Notes under the pieces: generated by a model
Seen by the model: only the letters and a program-made list of their open reading frames with translations
Told to the model about the DNA's origin: nothing
Database searches by the model: none
Shown here: in pieces, positions 1 through 11,821 of the stretch
How the letters are laid out: each line of letters opens with the position of its first letter
Numbering within the stretch: position 1 is the first letter of the stretch
Assembly: GCA_022790975.1 (NCBI GenBank)
Contig: JAAVYF010000015.1
Span: 31,366-95,365, forward strand
DNA: 64,000 nucleotides
Reading direction: 5' to 3'
From: Clostridia bacterium
GTDB taxonomy: Bacteria; Bacillota; Clostridia; TANB77; CAG-508
Program-made: the position numbers and the translations under genes

Positions 1-368
1 GCCGAAAAATCACTTCCATCTTGCCATTTAACACCTTCTCTTAATTTTAATATATATGTTAAATTATCTGCTTTAGCAATTTCTGTTGCTAAACCATATT
101 CTATCCCATAGTTATTACTAACAGATATTAAAGAATCAAAAATTAATCTTGAAATTTCTTTTACATTTTTATTATTACTAACAATTGGATTCATAGTATC
201 ATATTCAGCAATTCCAAGTCTTAAATCTGTAATTAGTGTATTTGTTGTTGATGTTTGGTCTTGTACACCACTGGTTTTATCATTTTTATCATAAAAAACT
301 ATATAAGTTATTATTAATAAAATTATAAAAGCTAAAACAAAAATATACTTAAAAACACCTTGTTTCAA
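1..368 (-). CDS. ABC transporter substrate-binding protein (SBP family 5, peptide/nickel type), N-terminal part; the 3' end runs off the window
   Basis: Not in the ORF track because it is truncated. Reverse translation from TTG at 368 (GGAGA RBS ~8 nt upstream) gives a signal anchor LKQGVFKYIFVLAFIILLIITY, then LRLGIAEYDTMNPI...LKLREGVKWQDGSDF, which is typical of SBP_bac_5 N-termini. Confidence 0.5.
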   Translation of the reverse strand, partial: MKQGVFKYIFVLAFIILLIITYIVFYDKNDKTSGVQDQTSTTNTLITDLRLGIAEYDTMNPIVSNNKNVKEISRLIFDSLISVSNNYGIEYGLATEIAKADNLTYILKLREGVKWQDGSDFS

Positions 369-591
369 TTATATAATCTCCTCACAAATTTTTTAATTAT
401 AACAATGAAATTATCACATGTTTAAGAAAAAAAGTCAATAAAAATTTAAATTAAACTTTTAAGATTTTCGTATTAATATATACTTATACTTTAGGAAAAT
501 TAATTCAAAAATATTTTACAAGTATATAAAAAATAAATCAAGAAAATATTTATATTCATTTTTCCTTGACTTATTTTTCATATATTTTAAT

Positions 592-1428
592 TTAATCTAA
601 CCTAATATTATTCGATGTTTTAAAACTATTGCTTGAATCTACTAATTTAAATTGATATATCCCTGCTTCATATAATACAAATTCTACTTTATCTCCTAAA
701 ATTTTAGCACTATCAACTTCTATCCAAGTAGTTCCTTTATCTGTACTATAAAATGCTTTAGATAATGGATAATAAGTTCCATCTATTGGACGATTTTGTA
801 CCTCTAAAGTAATTTGATACATAGTAGTACTACCAACAACTTTTTTTACTTTTGTTGTTAATAATGTTGTTTGTTCAGCTGATAATGTTGAATTATTTAT
901 ATCTTTATATTCTGAAACATTTGTATTTTCATTATAATCTCTAGAACAATAATATATTATATCTCTATTTTCTGGGTCTTTACACCCATTAACAGAATAA
1001 ACTTCTCTTGTTGAAAAATCTATTATAATCTCATCAATTCCTTTTAATCCTAAATACTTTTTTACATCATTCTCAGTAAAATACAATACAAAATCTGATT
1101 CTTTATTTGTATTAAGAGTTGAATTGGAGTTAAGTACATCTGTAACTTTTGCTAAATTATTTTTAAGTAAGTCTGGAGCCGAACCTGAAAATTTACTTTT
1201 AAAATAATCTGCATAACTTGCACTATTATTAGTTTTTGTATAAAGTCCATAATCTTCGCTAATTTCATTAACTTTTTTTTGAACTTCTTCTAATTTAGCT
1301 TTAAAAGTTTCAAATTGCATATCATAATATGTTCTCATACTAGCTATACCAGTAACTGCTGCAATTATAAACATAATTATTATTGTTGTAACTAAAAAAA
1401 CTAATGTAACTCCTTTATCATTTTTCAT
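592..1428 (-). CDS. Hypothetical exported protein with a pilin-like (class III-like) N-terminal signal, MKNDKG|VTLVFLVTTIIIMFII
   Basis: 278 aa ORF. The N-terminus is a short charged leader ending in G followed by a ~20 aa hydrophobic helix. No recognisable catalytic domain. Confidence 0.5.
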   Translation of the reverse strand: MKNDKGVTLVFLVTTIIIMFIIAAVTGIASMRTYYDMQFETFKAKLEEVQKKVNEISEDYGLYTKTNNSASYADYFKSKFSGSAPDLLKNNLAKVTDVLNSNSTLNTNKESDFVLYFTENDVKKYLGLKGIDEIIIDFSTREVYSVNGCKDPENRDIIYYCSRDYNENTNVSEYKDINNSTLSAEQTTLLTTKVKKVVGSTTMYQITLEVQNRPIDGTYYPLSKAFYSTDKGTTWIEVDSAKILGDKVEFVLYEAGIYQFKLVDSSNSFKTSNNIRLD

Positions 1429-1482
1429 TACTGTTTTTCCTTTCCATTATAAAAAGCATTTATCTTATGTAATGACTTTTAA

Positions 1483-2421
1483 TTATTGATTTTGATAATA
1501 TTGTAATAATAATTGTGATAAATATGCATTATAATCAAATGCTTTATTATACTCTGGCATTCCATAATTAACATCAAATGTTTCTACTTTTGCAGATTTA
1601 ATTACAGGATAAGAACCTTCTGCAAAATTTTTAATTGCACCTTGAGTTGCATTTTCTGTTTCTGCTAAAGGAAGCTCATGTAATTTTTCAATTATTTCCA
1701 TTCCTTCAATAACTTTTCCAAATGCAGTATATTGTCCGTTTAGTGTACTATCTTCTTTTGTTTCTATAAAAAACAAAGAACTTCCAGAGTTATAGCTTTC
1801 AGATATTAATGAATCTCCATATTGAGTATAATCATTTCTATATAATCCTACTGTTCCATATTCAAATCTTAATGTATTCTTATTATATCCATTTGCAATA
1901 AATTCACCAGAAATAGAAACTTTATAATCTGTATCTTCAGTTCCAATTTGAGAAGCATCTAAATTTGCATATGCCTCATCATCTTGTGAAACAAATGGTT
2001 TAACTGATTTATCTAAATCACTTACTCTTAACTCATCTTCTTTTGCAGATTCTTTTTTAGTAGGAACAGAACCTTCTTTTAAATTTCCACTTTCATCATA
2101 TGAATCTTTACTATATTCATCTTTTTTCTCTAATTTCATTCCAGCATTAACAGCTGTATCATCAGTTCCATAGAACACTTTTCCATCATAATATCCATTT
2201 TGGATTAATTTTATAAATGTTCTTACTGTATTTGGAGCATAATCTGGATATAATTCCATTTTTACTTCTCCATATCCTTCAATTTCAAAAACAGCAATTG
2301 GATTTTTGGCTTCTTTATTATATTTTACACTTCTAGCTCCATTTAAAATAAAAAATCCAATTCCACAACACACTAAAATAATTAAAATAACCAATATTAA
2401 ATTTTTAATAGTATTATTCAT
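1483..2421 (-). CDS. Membrane-anchored cyclophilin-type peptidyl-prolyl cis-trans isomerase with a large acidic insertion
   Basis: Motifs FEIEGYGEVKMELYPDYAPNTVRTFIKLIQNGYYDGKVF and the C-terminal FFI...LNGQYTAFGKVIEGMEII. The start is probably MNNTIKN (2421) rather than the ORF-track start at 2451. Confidence 0.8.
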   Translation of the reverse strand: MNNTIKNLILVILIILVCCGIGFFILNGARSVKYNKEAKNPIAVFEIEGYGEVKMELYPDYAPNTVRTFIKLIQNGYYDGKVFYGTDDTAVNAGMKLEKKDEYSKDSYDESGNLKEGSVPTKKESAKEDELRVSDLDKSVKPFVSQDDEAYANLDASQIGTEDTDYKVSISGEFIANGYNKNTLRFEYGTVGLYRNDYTQYGDSLISESYNSGSSLFFIETKEDSTLNGQYTAFGKVIEGMEIIEKLHELPLAETENATQGAIKNFAEGSYPVIKSAKVETFDVNYGMPEYNKAFDYNAYLSQLLLQYYQNQ

Positions 2422-2496
2422 TTTCAATATCATTCCTTTCTTAAAGCACAAAACAAATTTAGAAAATAATTGTTATTTTTTTAGACTTGTCTACTT

Positions 2497-3856
2497 TTAT
2501 AAATTTAAATATTTTATTGCATCAACAATATTTTTCACACCTATTATATCTAATTTAAATTTTTCTTTCAAGAGTTTTTTATTACTTTCTGGAATTATAC
2601 AAGTTTTATATCCTAACTTTTCTGCTTCATGTAACCTTTTTTCAATCATATTAACATTTCTAACCTCTCCAGTTAAGCCGTACTTCACCTATAACAGCTA
2701 CTGTTTTCGAAATAGGCACATTTTTTAGACTAGAAATAGTTGCTAAACAAATTCCAAGATCTATAGAAGGTTCATTTATTTTTATTCCGACTAACCACAT
2801 TTAAATAAATATCTTGATTTCCAAGTAATACATGTGCTTTTTTTTCAAGAACAGCTGATAAAAGTGTTAATCTATTATAATCAATTCCGAATTGCATTTC
2901 TTCTTGGTATTCCAAATACACTTTGTGTAACTAATGCTTGAAGTTCAACTAATAATGGTCTTGTACCTTCCATACTAACTATTACAACAGTTCCTGAATT
3001 AGAAGAATCTTCTTTATCTGAAATTAAAATTGAAGATGGATCTACAATTTCAACTAAACCTTCATTTTCCATTTCAAACATTCCTATTTCATTTGTTGAA
3101 CCAAATCTATTTTTTACACCACGTAAAATTCTATATGAAAAATATCTTTCTCCTTCTAAATATAAAACTGTATCTACCATATGTTCTAAAACTCTAGGCC
3201 CAGCTATACTACCATCTTTGGTAACATGTCCAATTATTATTGTAGTAATAGCCTTTTGTTTACACATTTTCATTACTCTTGAAGTAATTTCTCTAACTTG
3301 TGAAACACTTCCGAGCAGCAGATGTTATTTCATCTGAATACATTGTTTGTATTGAATCAATTATTATAAATTCTGGTTCTAACTTTTGTACTTGAAGTTC
3401 TACATTATCTATATCTGTTTCTGCCAAAAATAGAAGATTATCTTTATTTACATTTAGTCTATCAGCTCTTAGTTTTATTTGTTCTGCCGATTCTTCTCCT
3501 GAAACATATAATATTTTTCCATCTATTTTTAAACTATCACAAATTTGTAAAATTAAGGTTGATTTTCCAATACCTGGCTCTCCACCAAGTAAAGTTAAAG
3601 ACCCTAAAACAAATCCGCCTCCTAAAACTCTATCTAATTCATCTATTCCTGTTCTTATTCTAAATGTTTCTTTTTTTACTACTTCATTTAATTTAATTGC
3701 ATCTACTTTTTCTTTAAATTTATCTTTTGTTCCTTTTTTTTCTACATCTTTTTCTTCATAAAAAGTATTCCACTCATTACATCCTGGACATTTTCCTAAC
3801 CATTTTGGTGATTCATGTCCACAATTACTACAAACAAAAATTGTTTTAGTTTTCAT
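2497..3856 (-). CDS. radA: DNA repair protein RadA. It is intact only if four +1 shifts are applied at in-frame CGG codons.
   Basis: Zn ribbon [21 protein letters not shown], Walker [16 protein letters not shown], and a Lon-like C-terminal domain. The three ORF-track fragments plus a gap join perfectly when the C of CGG is skipped at plus-strand ccg 3311-3313, 2887-2889, 2787-2789 and 2678-2680. Total after removing 4 nt is 451 aa. Confidence 0.85.
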
Positions 3857-5753
3857 TTAAACATCCCTTCTTTGCAAGTTTTTCAAGTACGATTATAAAC
3901 ATTGCATGACTCCAAGCTAAACCAATAACCCACATAGCACTCATGCTATTATTATCAACTTGCTCTCCTAAAAATCCATGTTCTGTACAAGAATTTACTA
4001 CAAAATCAAAGCATTCTTTTGCTTTGTTTAATTCATTAGCTTCTATATAATATAGAGCCATCCATAAAGTAGCTATTGGCCAAGGATTATATCCTCCCAT
4101 ATATCCATCACCTTCATAACGAATATATCCTCCTGTATATGTTCTTATTGTCATATTCATTTTTTCTACAGTATTAACTACTTTTTCATCATTAACATCT
4201 AAAACCTCAAATGGTATAGATATACCTAGTATACTAATATCAATTCTTCTATCATCAGTATTTCTTATAAATGTTTGCTTTTGTTCATCAAAGAAAGAAT
4301 TACATATATATTCTTTTATTCTTTCTAAATAAGAATTCAAAATTTCATCTCTTTTTAATATGTTTTCTAATTTTGATGGATTATCTGTAAATATTTTTTT
4401 TACAATTTTATCAATTTTAATCATATCAGTCATTGCAGAAAAAATGGCTGATATTGAATAAATCGATATTCCTTCATGTTCTTCCCACAAATCATAACTA
4501 AGCTTCATTTCGTTTTTTTGTTCTAAAATATCATCTATATATTTTTTCAAAAATTCTATTGCTTTTTCACACATTCTTAAATTACTTTTTAAAAAATCTA
4601 TATCTTTAATTTTTAAATAGTGATCGTAAAGTCCAATTATAACACTTGCTGTTTCATCAATCTGATATCCCCAAGATGGAGCTAATCTACCATCTGTGTA
4701 AAATCTTTGTTCCCACATTCCATTTTTGCTTTGTGTAGACTTACAAAATTTACTATAAAACTTAGTTGTTTCATCTGTCATTCCTAAAATATCTAATGCT
4801 CTAGTAATAAAAACAGCATCTCGTGGCCAACAATAAGAATATCTACCACATTTAGTTTTTCCCTCATCAACTTCCATACCAGCTGATATTCCACCCTTTT
4901 CTCTATTTTGAAGTAATGGGTATAATAAAATCGTTCTAGTATATATATTTTTTATTTTATCACTTAATTTAGAATTCTTTAACTTTAATTTATCATGTGA
5001 TTTAACAAAATCTTCCCAATAATTTTTACATTCATTAAATAAAAATTCATAATCTAATTTTCTTACTCTTTCAATTTCAGAATCCATTTCACCTAATAAA
5101 TTTCTTATATTATTATCATTAACTAATAAGAAAATTGTAAATTCTACTTTCTCTCCTGGTTTAAGTTCTTCAAAATCATAAGAAATTGCAGAATCAGAAG
5201 AAAGTCCAACATAATCTTTTCCGTAAATTACACCTCTTCCTATTGAATTTTTAGCTCCATTTACTTGATATGATAATAATTTATTTTTTGAAAATAAACA
5301 TATAGTATAATCATGATTATATTGTATTAAAGCATCATCTTTTACATATCCACAAGTATCATTATTTACATTTGTTAAAATACTTGAATATGCTAATAAA
5401 TTAACTTTAAGATTAATATCACTTTCATTTTTTAATACATAATTTCTAACAAGTAGATTTTCATTAATAGGAACAAAATCAGTTTGTAATATTTTTAAAT
5501 TAAAATATGTATTTAAAATTTCAGTTTGTAAAATATTCGTATTTTTTATGTAATTTTGCATATACATATTATTAATATCATCATGCAAATATATTATTGC
5601 AGAATCATTTACTTTAACTCCAATGTGTAATGCTTCTACAAATTGCTTATAATCACAATTTGGATAAAATAGTCTAAGTAATTCTCCTTGTTTTGAAAAC
5701 GTAGCAGTAACTTTCCCATTCCCACATGTAGCATAATTTATATATTTTTCCAT
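3846..5753 (-). CDS. Glycoside hydrolase family 15 (glucoamylase/glucodextranase-like)
   Basis: 635 aa with CWPRDAVFITRALD, SYDLWEE and a C-terminal (alpha/alpha)6-type region, all typical of GH15. Confidence 0.7.
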   Translation of the reverse strand: MEKYINYATCGNGKVTATFSKQGELLRLFYPNCDYKQFVEALHIGVKVNDSAIIYLHDDINNMYMQNYIKNTNILQTEILNTYFNLKILQTDFVPINENLLVRNYVLKNESDINLKVNLLAYSSILTNVNNDTCGYVKDDALIQYNHDYTICLFSKNKLLSYQVNGAKNSIGRGVIYGKDYVGLSSDSAISYDFEELKPGEKVEFTIFLLVNDNNIRNLLGEMDSEIERVRKLDYEFLFNECKNYWEDFVKSHDKLKLKNSKLSDKIKNIYTRTILLYPLLQNREKGGISAGMEVDEGKTKCGRYSYCWPRDAVFITRALDILGMTDETTKFYSKFCKSTQSKNGMWEQRFYTDGRLAPSWGYQIDETASVIIGLYDHYLKIKDIDFLKSNLRMCEKAIEFLKKYIDDILEQKNEMKLSYDLWEEHEGISIYSISAIFSAMTDMIKIDKIVKKIFTDNPSKLENILKRDEILNSYLERIKEYICNSFFDEQKQTFIRNTDDRRIDISILGISIPFEVLDVNDEKVVNTVEKMNMTIRTYTGGYIRYEGDGYMGGYNPWPIATLWMALYYIEANELNKAKECFDFVVNSCTEHGFLGEQVDNNSMSAMWVIGLAWSHAMFIIVLEKLAKKGCLNEN

Positions 5754-5916
5754 AAATTTTATTCCTTTCTTCTTAATATTGAAATTTTTTTGATAACTTC
5801 AAAGGATTTAATGTTATACAATTTTTCGCACAATTTATCAATAGAAAAATTATACAATATTAAATCCAGAATTACACTAATTTTAAAAATATTTTTGCAT
5901 CAAACAATAAAAAAAT

Positions 5917-7581
5917 CTAATCTTTATTCATAATTTTCCTAATATGCTCCTGCAACTCATTTATCCTATTGCTTAAAGTTATTATATCCTCATCATCAGT
6001 TTCAATCTTCTCATCTATAATATCAGTTTCTATATCAGAAATTTTTTCAATTAAATTTTCAATATTATCAAGAACTTCGAATTTTCTAGAAAGTTTCTCA
6101 TAATAAACTATACTTTCTCTATTTTCTTCACATTTTGGTGAATCAGTTCCATCCAATACATAAGTTTCTCCAAAACTAGGAATTGTGACTTTAATTTCTG
6201 CATTTTTCTCAATTTCTTGTTTTAGTGCCTCTTGACTTTCCTTTTCTCCATGAACTAAAAAGATATGTTTTGGCTGTTTATTTGTAAAAGAATAAACAAA
6301 ATTTAAAAGCCATTCTTGGTCAGCATGTCCTGAATATCCCTCAATATATTCAATTCTAGCATTTACAGCAATTTCTTCTCCAAATATCTTTACTTTTTTT
6401 GCTCCATCTATAATACTTCTTCCAAGAGTTCCTGGTACTTGATATCCAACAAATAAAATAGTACTTGTTTCTTTCCATAAATTATGTTTCAAATGATGTT
6501 TTATTCTACCAACATCACACATTCCACTTGCAGATAATATTATACATGGTTCATTCATTTCATTTAATTCTTTAGATTCTTCTGCACTTACTGTAAAATG
6601 AAGTCCTGGAAATTCTAAAGGATTATCTCCAGATTTTATTTTCTCTTGTATCTCATCTTCAAACAATTCTGTATTATTTTTAAAAATTTCGGTTGCTGAA
6701 ATAGCAAGTGGACTATCTACATATACATTAGCATTCATTAATTTTTTATATTTTTTAAAAAATGCCTCATCATTTGCCCCTTTTTCATCTTTCAATTTAT
6801 CTATTTCATATAAAATTTCTTGTGTTCTACCAACAGCAAATGATGGAATTACTACTGTTCCTGCATTATCTAATGTTTCTGAAACTATGTCTAAAAATGC
6901 TTCTGCTTTATTATCATTTCTAACATGAAGTCTATTTCCATATGTAGACTCCATTATAACATAATCACTACTGCTAATCATTGTTGGAGAATCAAGAAGT
7001 GGTAAATCATTATTTCCTATATCACCAGTAAATACTACCTTTGTAGTTTTTCCATCTTCTGTTATCCAAATTTCAATAATAGCTGAACCTAACATATGTC
7101 CAGCATCATTAAAACGTACACTTATATTATCATCAATCTCAATTATTTCATCATAATTAATTGCTTTAAAAATTTCTAAACATTTTTCAGCTTCTTCTGC
7201 TGTATATAATGGTGGTAATGGATCTTTTCCCTCACGAAGTCTTTTTCTATTTTTCCACTCTATTTCAGTTTCTTGTATATGACCACTATCAGGAAGCATT
7301 ATTTTACATAAATCACAAGTTGCTTTTGTTGCATATATAGGATTTCTATATCCTTCATTATAAAGTTTTGGTATTCTACCAGAATGGTCAATATGAGCAT
7401 GTGTTAATAACATAAAATCAATTGTATTTATATCAAATAAAAATGGACTACTATTATCATATTCCTCGACTATCTTTCCTTGATACATTCCACAATCAAC
7501 CAAAAATTTTTTGCCAGCAGCTTCAACTAAATGGTTTGAACCTGTAACAGTTTCTGCAGCTCCTAAAAATGATATTTTCAT
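5917..7581 (-). CDS. MBL-fold beta-CASP hydrolase (RNA-metabolising, RNase J/CPSF-like family)
   Basis: LTHAHIDHSGRIP metallo-beta-lactamase motif, beta-CASP region, C-terminal GYSGHADQ and VHGE. Confidence 0.75.
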   Translation of the reverse strand: MKISFLGAAETVTGSNHLVEAAGKKFLVDCGMYQGKIVEEYDNSSPFLFDINTIDFMLLTHAHIDHSGRIPKLYNEGYRNPIYATKATCDLCKIMLPDSGHIQETEIEWKNRKRLREGKDPLPPLYTAEEAEKCLEIFKAINYDEIIEIDDNISVRFNDAGHMLGSAIIEIWITEDGKTTKVVFTGDIGNNDLPLLDSPTMISSSDYVIMESTYGNRLHVRNDNKAEAFLDIVSETLDNAGTVVIPSFAVGRTQEILYEIDKLKDEKGANDEAFFKKYKKLMNANVYVDSPLAISATEIFKNNTELFEDEIQEKIKSGDNPLEFPGLHFTVSAEESKELNEMNEPCIILSASGMCDVGRIKHHLKHNLWKETSTILFVGYQVPGTLGRSIIDGAKKVKIFGEEIAVNARIEYIEGYSGHADQEWLLNFVYSFTNKQPKHIFLVHGEKESQEALKQEIEKNAEIKVTIPSFGETYVLDGTDSPKCEENRESIVYYEKLSRKFEVLDNIENLIEKISDIETDIIDEKIETDDEDIITLSNRINELQEHIRKIMNKD

Positions 7582-7613
7582 TTGTACCTCTTTCTATTTA
7601 TTTAGGCAACCTC

Positions 7614-9129
7614 TTATATAAATAATCTTAATTTTTTACCAGTTTTCACTTCTAAATCTCTTTTTGAATATTTTGTTGCTAACTCAAATTCTTTTTCATA
7701 GGTTTCTTTTTCATAAGTCTTTATATAAATAGTTCCTTCTTTAATTTCTAATTCAAATTTAACTTCATTTAGTTCAATTATTTTAGTATCTAAAATACTA
7801 TTAATAATATTTGCATTAAATTCATTATCTTTTGAAATTCGCCTTAATCCATTTTGATTACAAAGTTTTAATATTACCATTTTAAGAATTTCATTTATTG
7901 ATTCATTTAATTCAAAAATATCTTTTATTTGTTTATCTTTTGAAATATATAAATATCTATAATATCTAATTTTATAAATATAAGATTTTAATAAATCAAT
8001 ATCTTCACATTCAGATATTTCTTCTTTTAAACTTTTTATAAATTCTTTTTGTATATTTATAATAATTTCTTCTTTATTAGTACCATCTATTTTGCTATTT
8101 TCTATAAAATCTTCTAATTCTTGTTTATGATTCATGTAATTTATAGGATTTATTATTTTAGATAATTCTGAAATTTTATCCATACATAATTTTCTACGTT
8201 TTTCTAACATTCTCTTATATGCACTAATAGTTGGAATTTTTTTTTCTTCTTCTAATTTTTCATTTTTTTGATTAAACTCTTTTTGAAGTAGTTCTTTAGA
8301 ATTAAGTATAATATCTAATTTTTTTACTTCTTTTACATATCTCATTTTACTATTTTTTACTTTTTCAAAATATTTCGGCTTATTTGAAATTTCTTCTAAT
8401 TCTTTAACTTTTACATCTACTTCTTTATCAATTTTTGCTCTATCTTTTCCAACTAGCAATAAATTTAAATATTGACATAAATAATCAAAATATTTTGTAT
8501 TTTCTAAATATTCTTCTATTTCTTTTAATGGATTTGTTTTAGTATCTGATTGATTCATCCAATTATCTAAAAAATGAATTCCAAATAATATAACAAAATT
8601 TTGATATATTAAATTATCTTCAATATTTTTTTTATGTTTAACATTTATATCCCATGACCATCCGATTAAAATCTGATAATATTTCTAAATTATTTTCATT
8701 ATATCCATTTACTAAAAGTTGCTGAAGTGCAGACTTATAGATAAATGAATCTGGTATATAAAAGTATTTTGGAATAACATCTGAAATAGCATATAATAAA
8801 GCTGCTTCTGTTGGATATGAAAGAATACTTCTTTCACGCTCATTTGTTAAAGCTAACAAATTATTTTCTTTTAAAATTTGAGCATCTTTAGAATCTGGCT
8901 CTATTAATTTTATATTATCGCAATATCTTTTTATATATTCTAATAATTCACTTAAAAATTCTTCTTTTGTTTTTTCTATATCTTTTATCTTTTTATAATC
9001 TTTATAAAAACTTTCTATTTTATAAATCATACTAAGTAATAAACTTTTGGAGTTTGAAGAAAAATATTTGGAATCTAAAATTTTTTCTAATATCAAATTA
9101 TAATCTGTACTTCCCCAGAATAATCCCAC
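7614..9129 (-). CDS. Hypothetical protein (~504 aa) reconstituted from two ORF-track fragments by one +1 shift at CGG
   Basis: GTG start at 9129 with an AAGGAG RBS. ORFs 8638-9129 and 7614-8558 join through ..LSDFN[C]GWSWDINVKHKK.. at ccg 8662-8664. No family recognised. Confidence 0.55.
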
Positions 9130-9148
9130 TTAAACATCTCCTTTATAA

Positions 9149-11707
9149 TTAGTTTTCACTTTCTTCGCTAAATTCTCCACTCATACTATTAATTTCTTGC
9201 AACTTTGCCATTTTACTTTTTGCATTTTGAAGATTTTCAGAAACAGATGGACTCATATTAAGTTCTTGCCAACGTTCTTTTGTAATTAAAACTTCTCTTG
9301 GTTTACTTCCTGCATATCCTGAAATTACTCCTCTTTTTTCCATTTGGTCTATAATTCTTCCTGCTCTTGCATATCCTACTTTAAATCTTCTTTGAATAAA
9401 TGAAGTTGAAGCTTGACCTACTTCAATAACGCATTCAATTGCTTCATTTAAGAATGGATCTGTATCATCTTCATCTTCCATTTCTTCATCTTTTTCTTTA
9501 TCTGATTTTCCAGAATTTTCTATTTGTTCTATAATATCTTCATTGTAAGTAACTTCACCATTTGATTTTATAAATCCAACTATATTTTCAACTTCTTCAT
9601 CAGAAACAAATGCACCCTGTACCCTTTGTGGTTTTGATGCACCTATTGGATAAAATAGCATATCTCCTTTACCAAGAAGTTTTTCTGCACCTCCCATATC
9701 AAGAATTGTTCTAGAATCAATTTGACTTGATACTGCAAATGCAATTCTTGAAGGGACATTTGCTTTTATAATACCTGTAATTACATCTACAGATGGTCTT
9801 TGTGTAGCAATTACTAAATGCATTCCGTGCAGCCCTTGCTTTTTGAGCTAATCTACAAATTGCATCTTCAACATCTTTAGATGCAACCATCATTAAATCT
9901 GCCAACTCATCTACAATTATTATTATTTGTGGAAGAGCTCTATGCTCTACTCCATCAACAGTAGCATTATAACCTTTTAAATCTCTTACACCTTTTTTAG
10001 CAAATAATTGATATCTATTTTCCATTTCTTGAACTGCCCATGCAAGTGAACCAGCAGCTTTTTTCGGGTCTGTAACAACTGGAATTAATAAATGTGGTAT
10101 TCCATTATATACAGAAAGCTCAACTACTTTAGGGTCTATCATTAATAATTTTACTTCACTTGGTTTTGCTTTATATAAAATACTAGTAATTAAAGAATTT
10201 ATACAAACAGACTTTCCAGAACCTGTAGAACCAGCAATTAAAACGTGTGGCATTTTACCAATATCTGCAACTACACATTCTCCAGCAATATCTTTTCCAA
10301 GACCCATAGAAACTTTAGATTTTGCATCTTGGAAATTATCAGATTCTAATACTTCTCTTAAGTGTACAACTTCTTTTTCAGAATTTGGAATTTCAATACC
10401 AACTGCTTGTTTTCCTGGAATTGGAGCTTCAATTCTTATACTTTCAGCTGCTAAATTTAAGGCTATATCATCAGAAAGTTTTGCTATTTTACTTACTCTA
10501 ACACCGTTCTGCTGGTTTTAATTCATATCTAGTAATTGCTGGACCTACTGAAACATTTTCAACTTTAGCAGAAACTCCAAAACTATATAATGTTTTTTGA
10601 AGTTTTAATGCTGTATCAGTTAATGCCTTTTTTCCTCCTTTATTTGCTTTAGGAGAACCTTCTTTCATAAGCTCAAGTGGTGGAACTTCATAATTTTCAT
10701 CATCTTCTGATGTTGTATTATGTTCTAATTGTAAAATTGCTTGAGTTTTATTTTCTTTTACTATTTCTTGTTCTCTAAATAAATCTGTTAATTCATTTGG
10801 ATTTTGTTGTTCTTGATTAGCTTCGCTAAAATCAACAATTTCTGCTGATTTATCTTGTTTTCTTAAAATTCCTTTTATTATACCTTTATTTGATTGTTCA
10901 CTTTCACTATTTAAATTAATTTTTATTTGTTCGTCTTCAATATCAGGCTGACTATTTAAATTTTCTTCTTCTATACTATTATTTATTCTTGCTCTTTTTC
11001 TCTTTTTATTAATTTCTCTTTGAACATCTTCATCTTCTTCAATAGGAATGTCAATAACTTTACTATTTAATTTTCTTTCTTTACGTCTAATTTGTCTTTC
11101 TTCTTCTTCCTCTCTACGAATCTGTCTTGATTCTTCTAATCTATCTGATAAACCTTCTAAAATACCTGATGGTCTAAGCCCAAACGTAAATACTACTAAA
11201 AATACAGTTGCTCCAAGAGAAACTACTGATGCTCCGAATTCACTAAATAACATAACTAATGGATAACTAATTGCAGCACCAATTGTACCTCCTCCTTTAT
11301 TAGATACTCCTAGTGTATAACCTGCTTGTATAACAGTTTCAAATCCATTTGATTTATCTATATTTCCAATAGAAATTTGATATATTGAAAGAACAGATGC
11401 AACAAATCCCATCAATAATACAACTTGAAATATTTTAGATTTTATATATGAGCCACCATCTCTTGCAACAGCAAAGGCAGTTGCACATATACCAAATGGA
11501 ATAACGTATTTTATTCCACCTAAACATCCTCCTAAAATTGGACTTAAAGTTACTCCTACACTCCCTGCTCTTCCATATATAACTATAAATGATAATATTC
11601 CCAATACTATCAACAATATAACAATTAAATCTATATCAAAAGCTCTTGCTTTACTTTTTTTTCTGCTTCCGTGTACTTGATGCAGTTTTCTTTCTTTTTC
11701 TTCCCAT
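9149..11707 (-). CDS. ftsK: DNA translocase FtsK/SpoIIIE. It needs three +1 shifts at in-frame CGG.
   Basis: N-terminal TM region, a low-complexity linker, then [13 protein letters not shown][C]GVRVS, Walker [15 protein letters not shown][C][12 protein letters not shown] and a gamma winged helix. CGG sites are at ccg 11669-11671, 10504-10506 and 9825-9827. The ATG at 11707 has a GAGGG RBS. Confidence 0.85.
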
Positions 11708-11821
11708 ATACATCCCTCTTTCTTTAAAAAAAGTTTTAACTTAAGTAGCGTAAGAAATCATCTAAAAAAGACTAGAAATTAGAAACTTTTTTATTCTAAC
11801 TCCTAATCTCTGCTCATTTCA

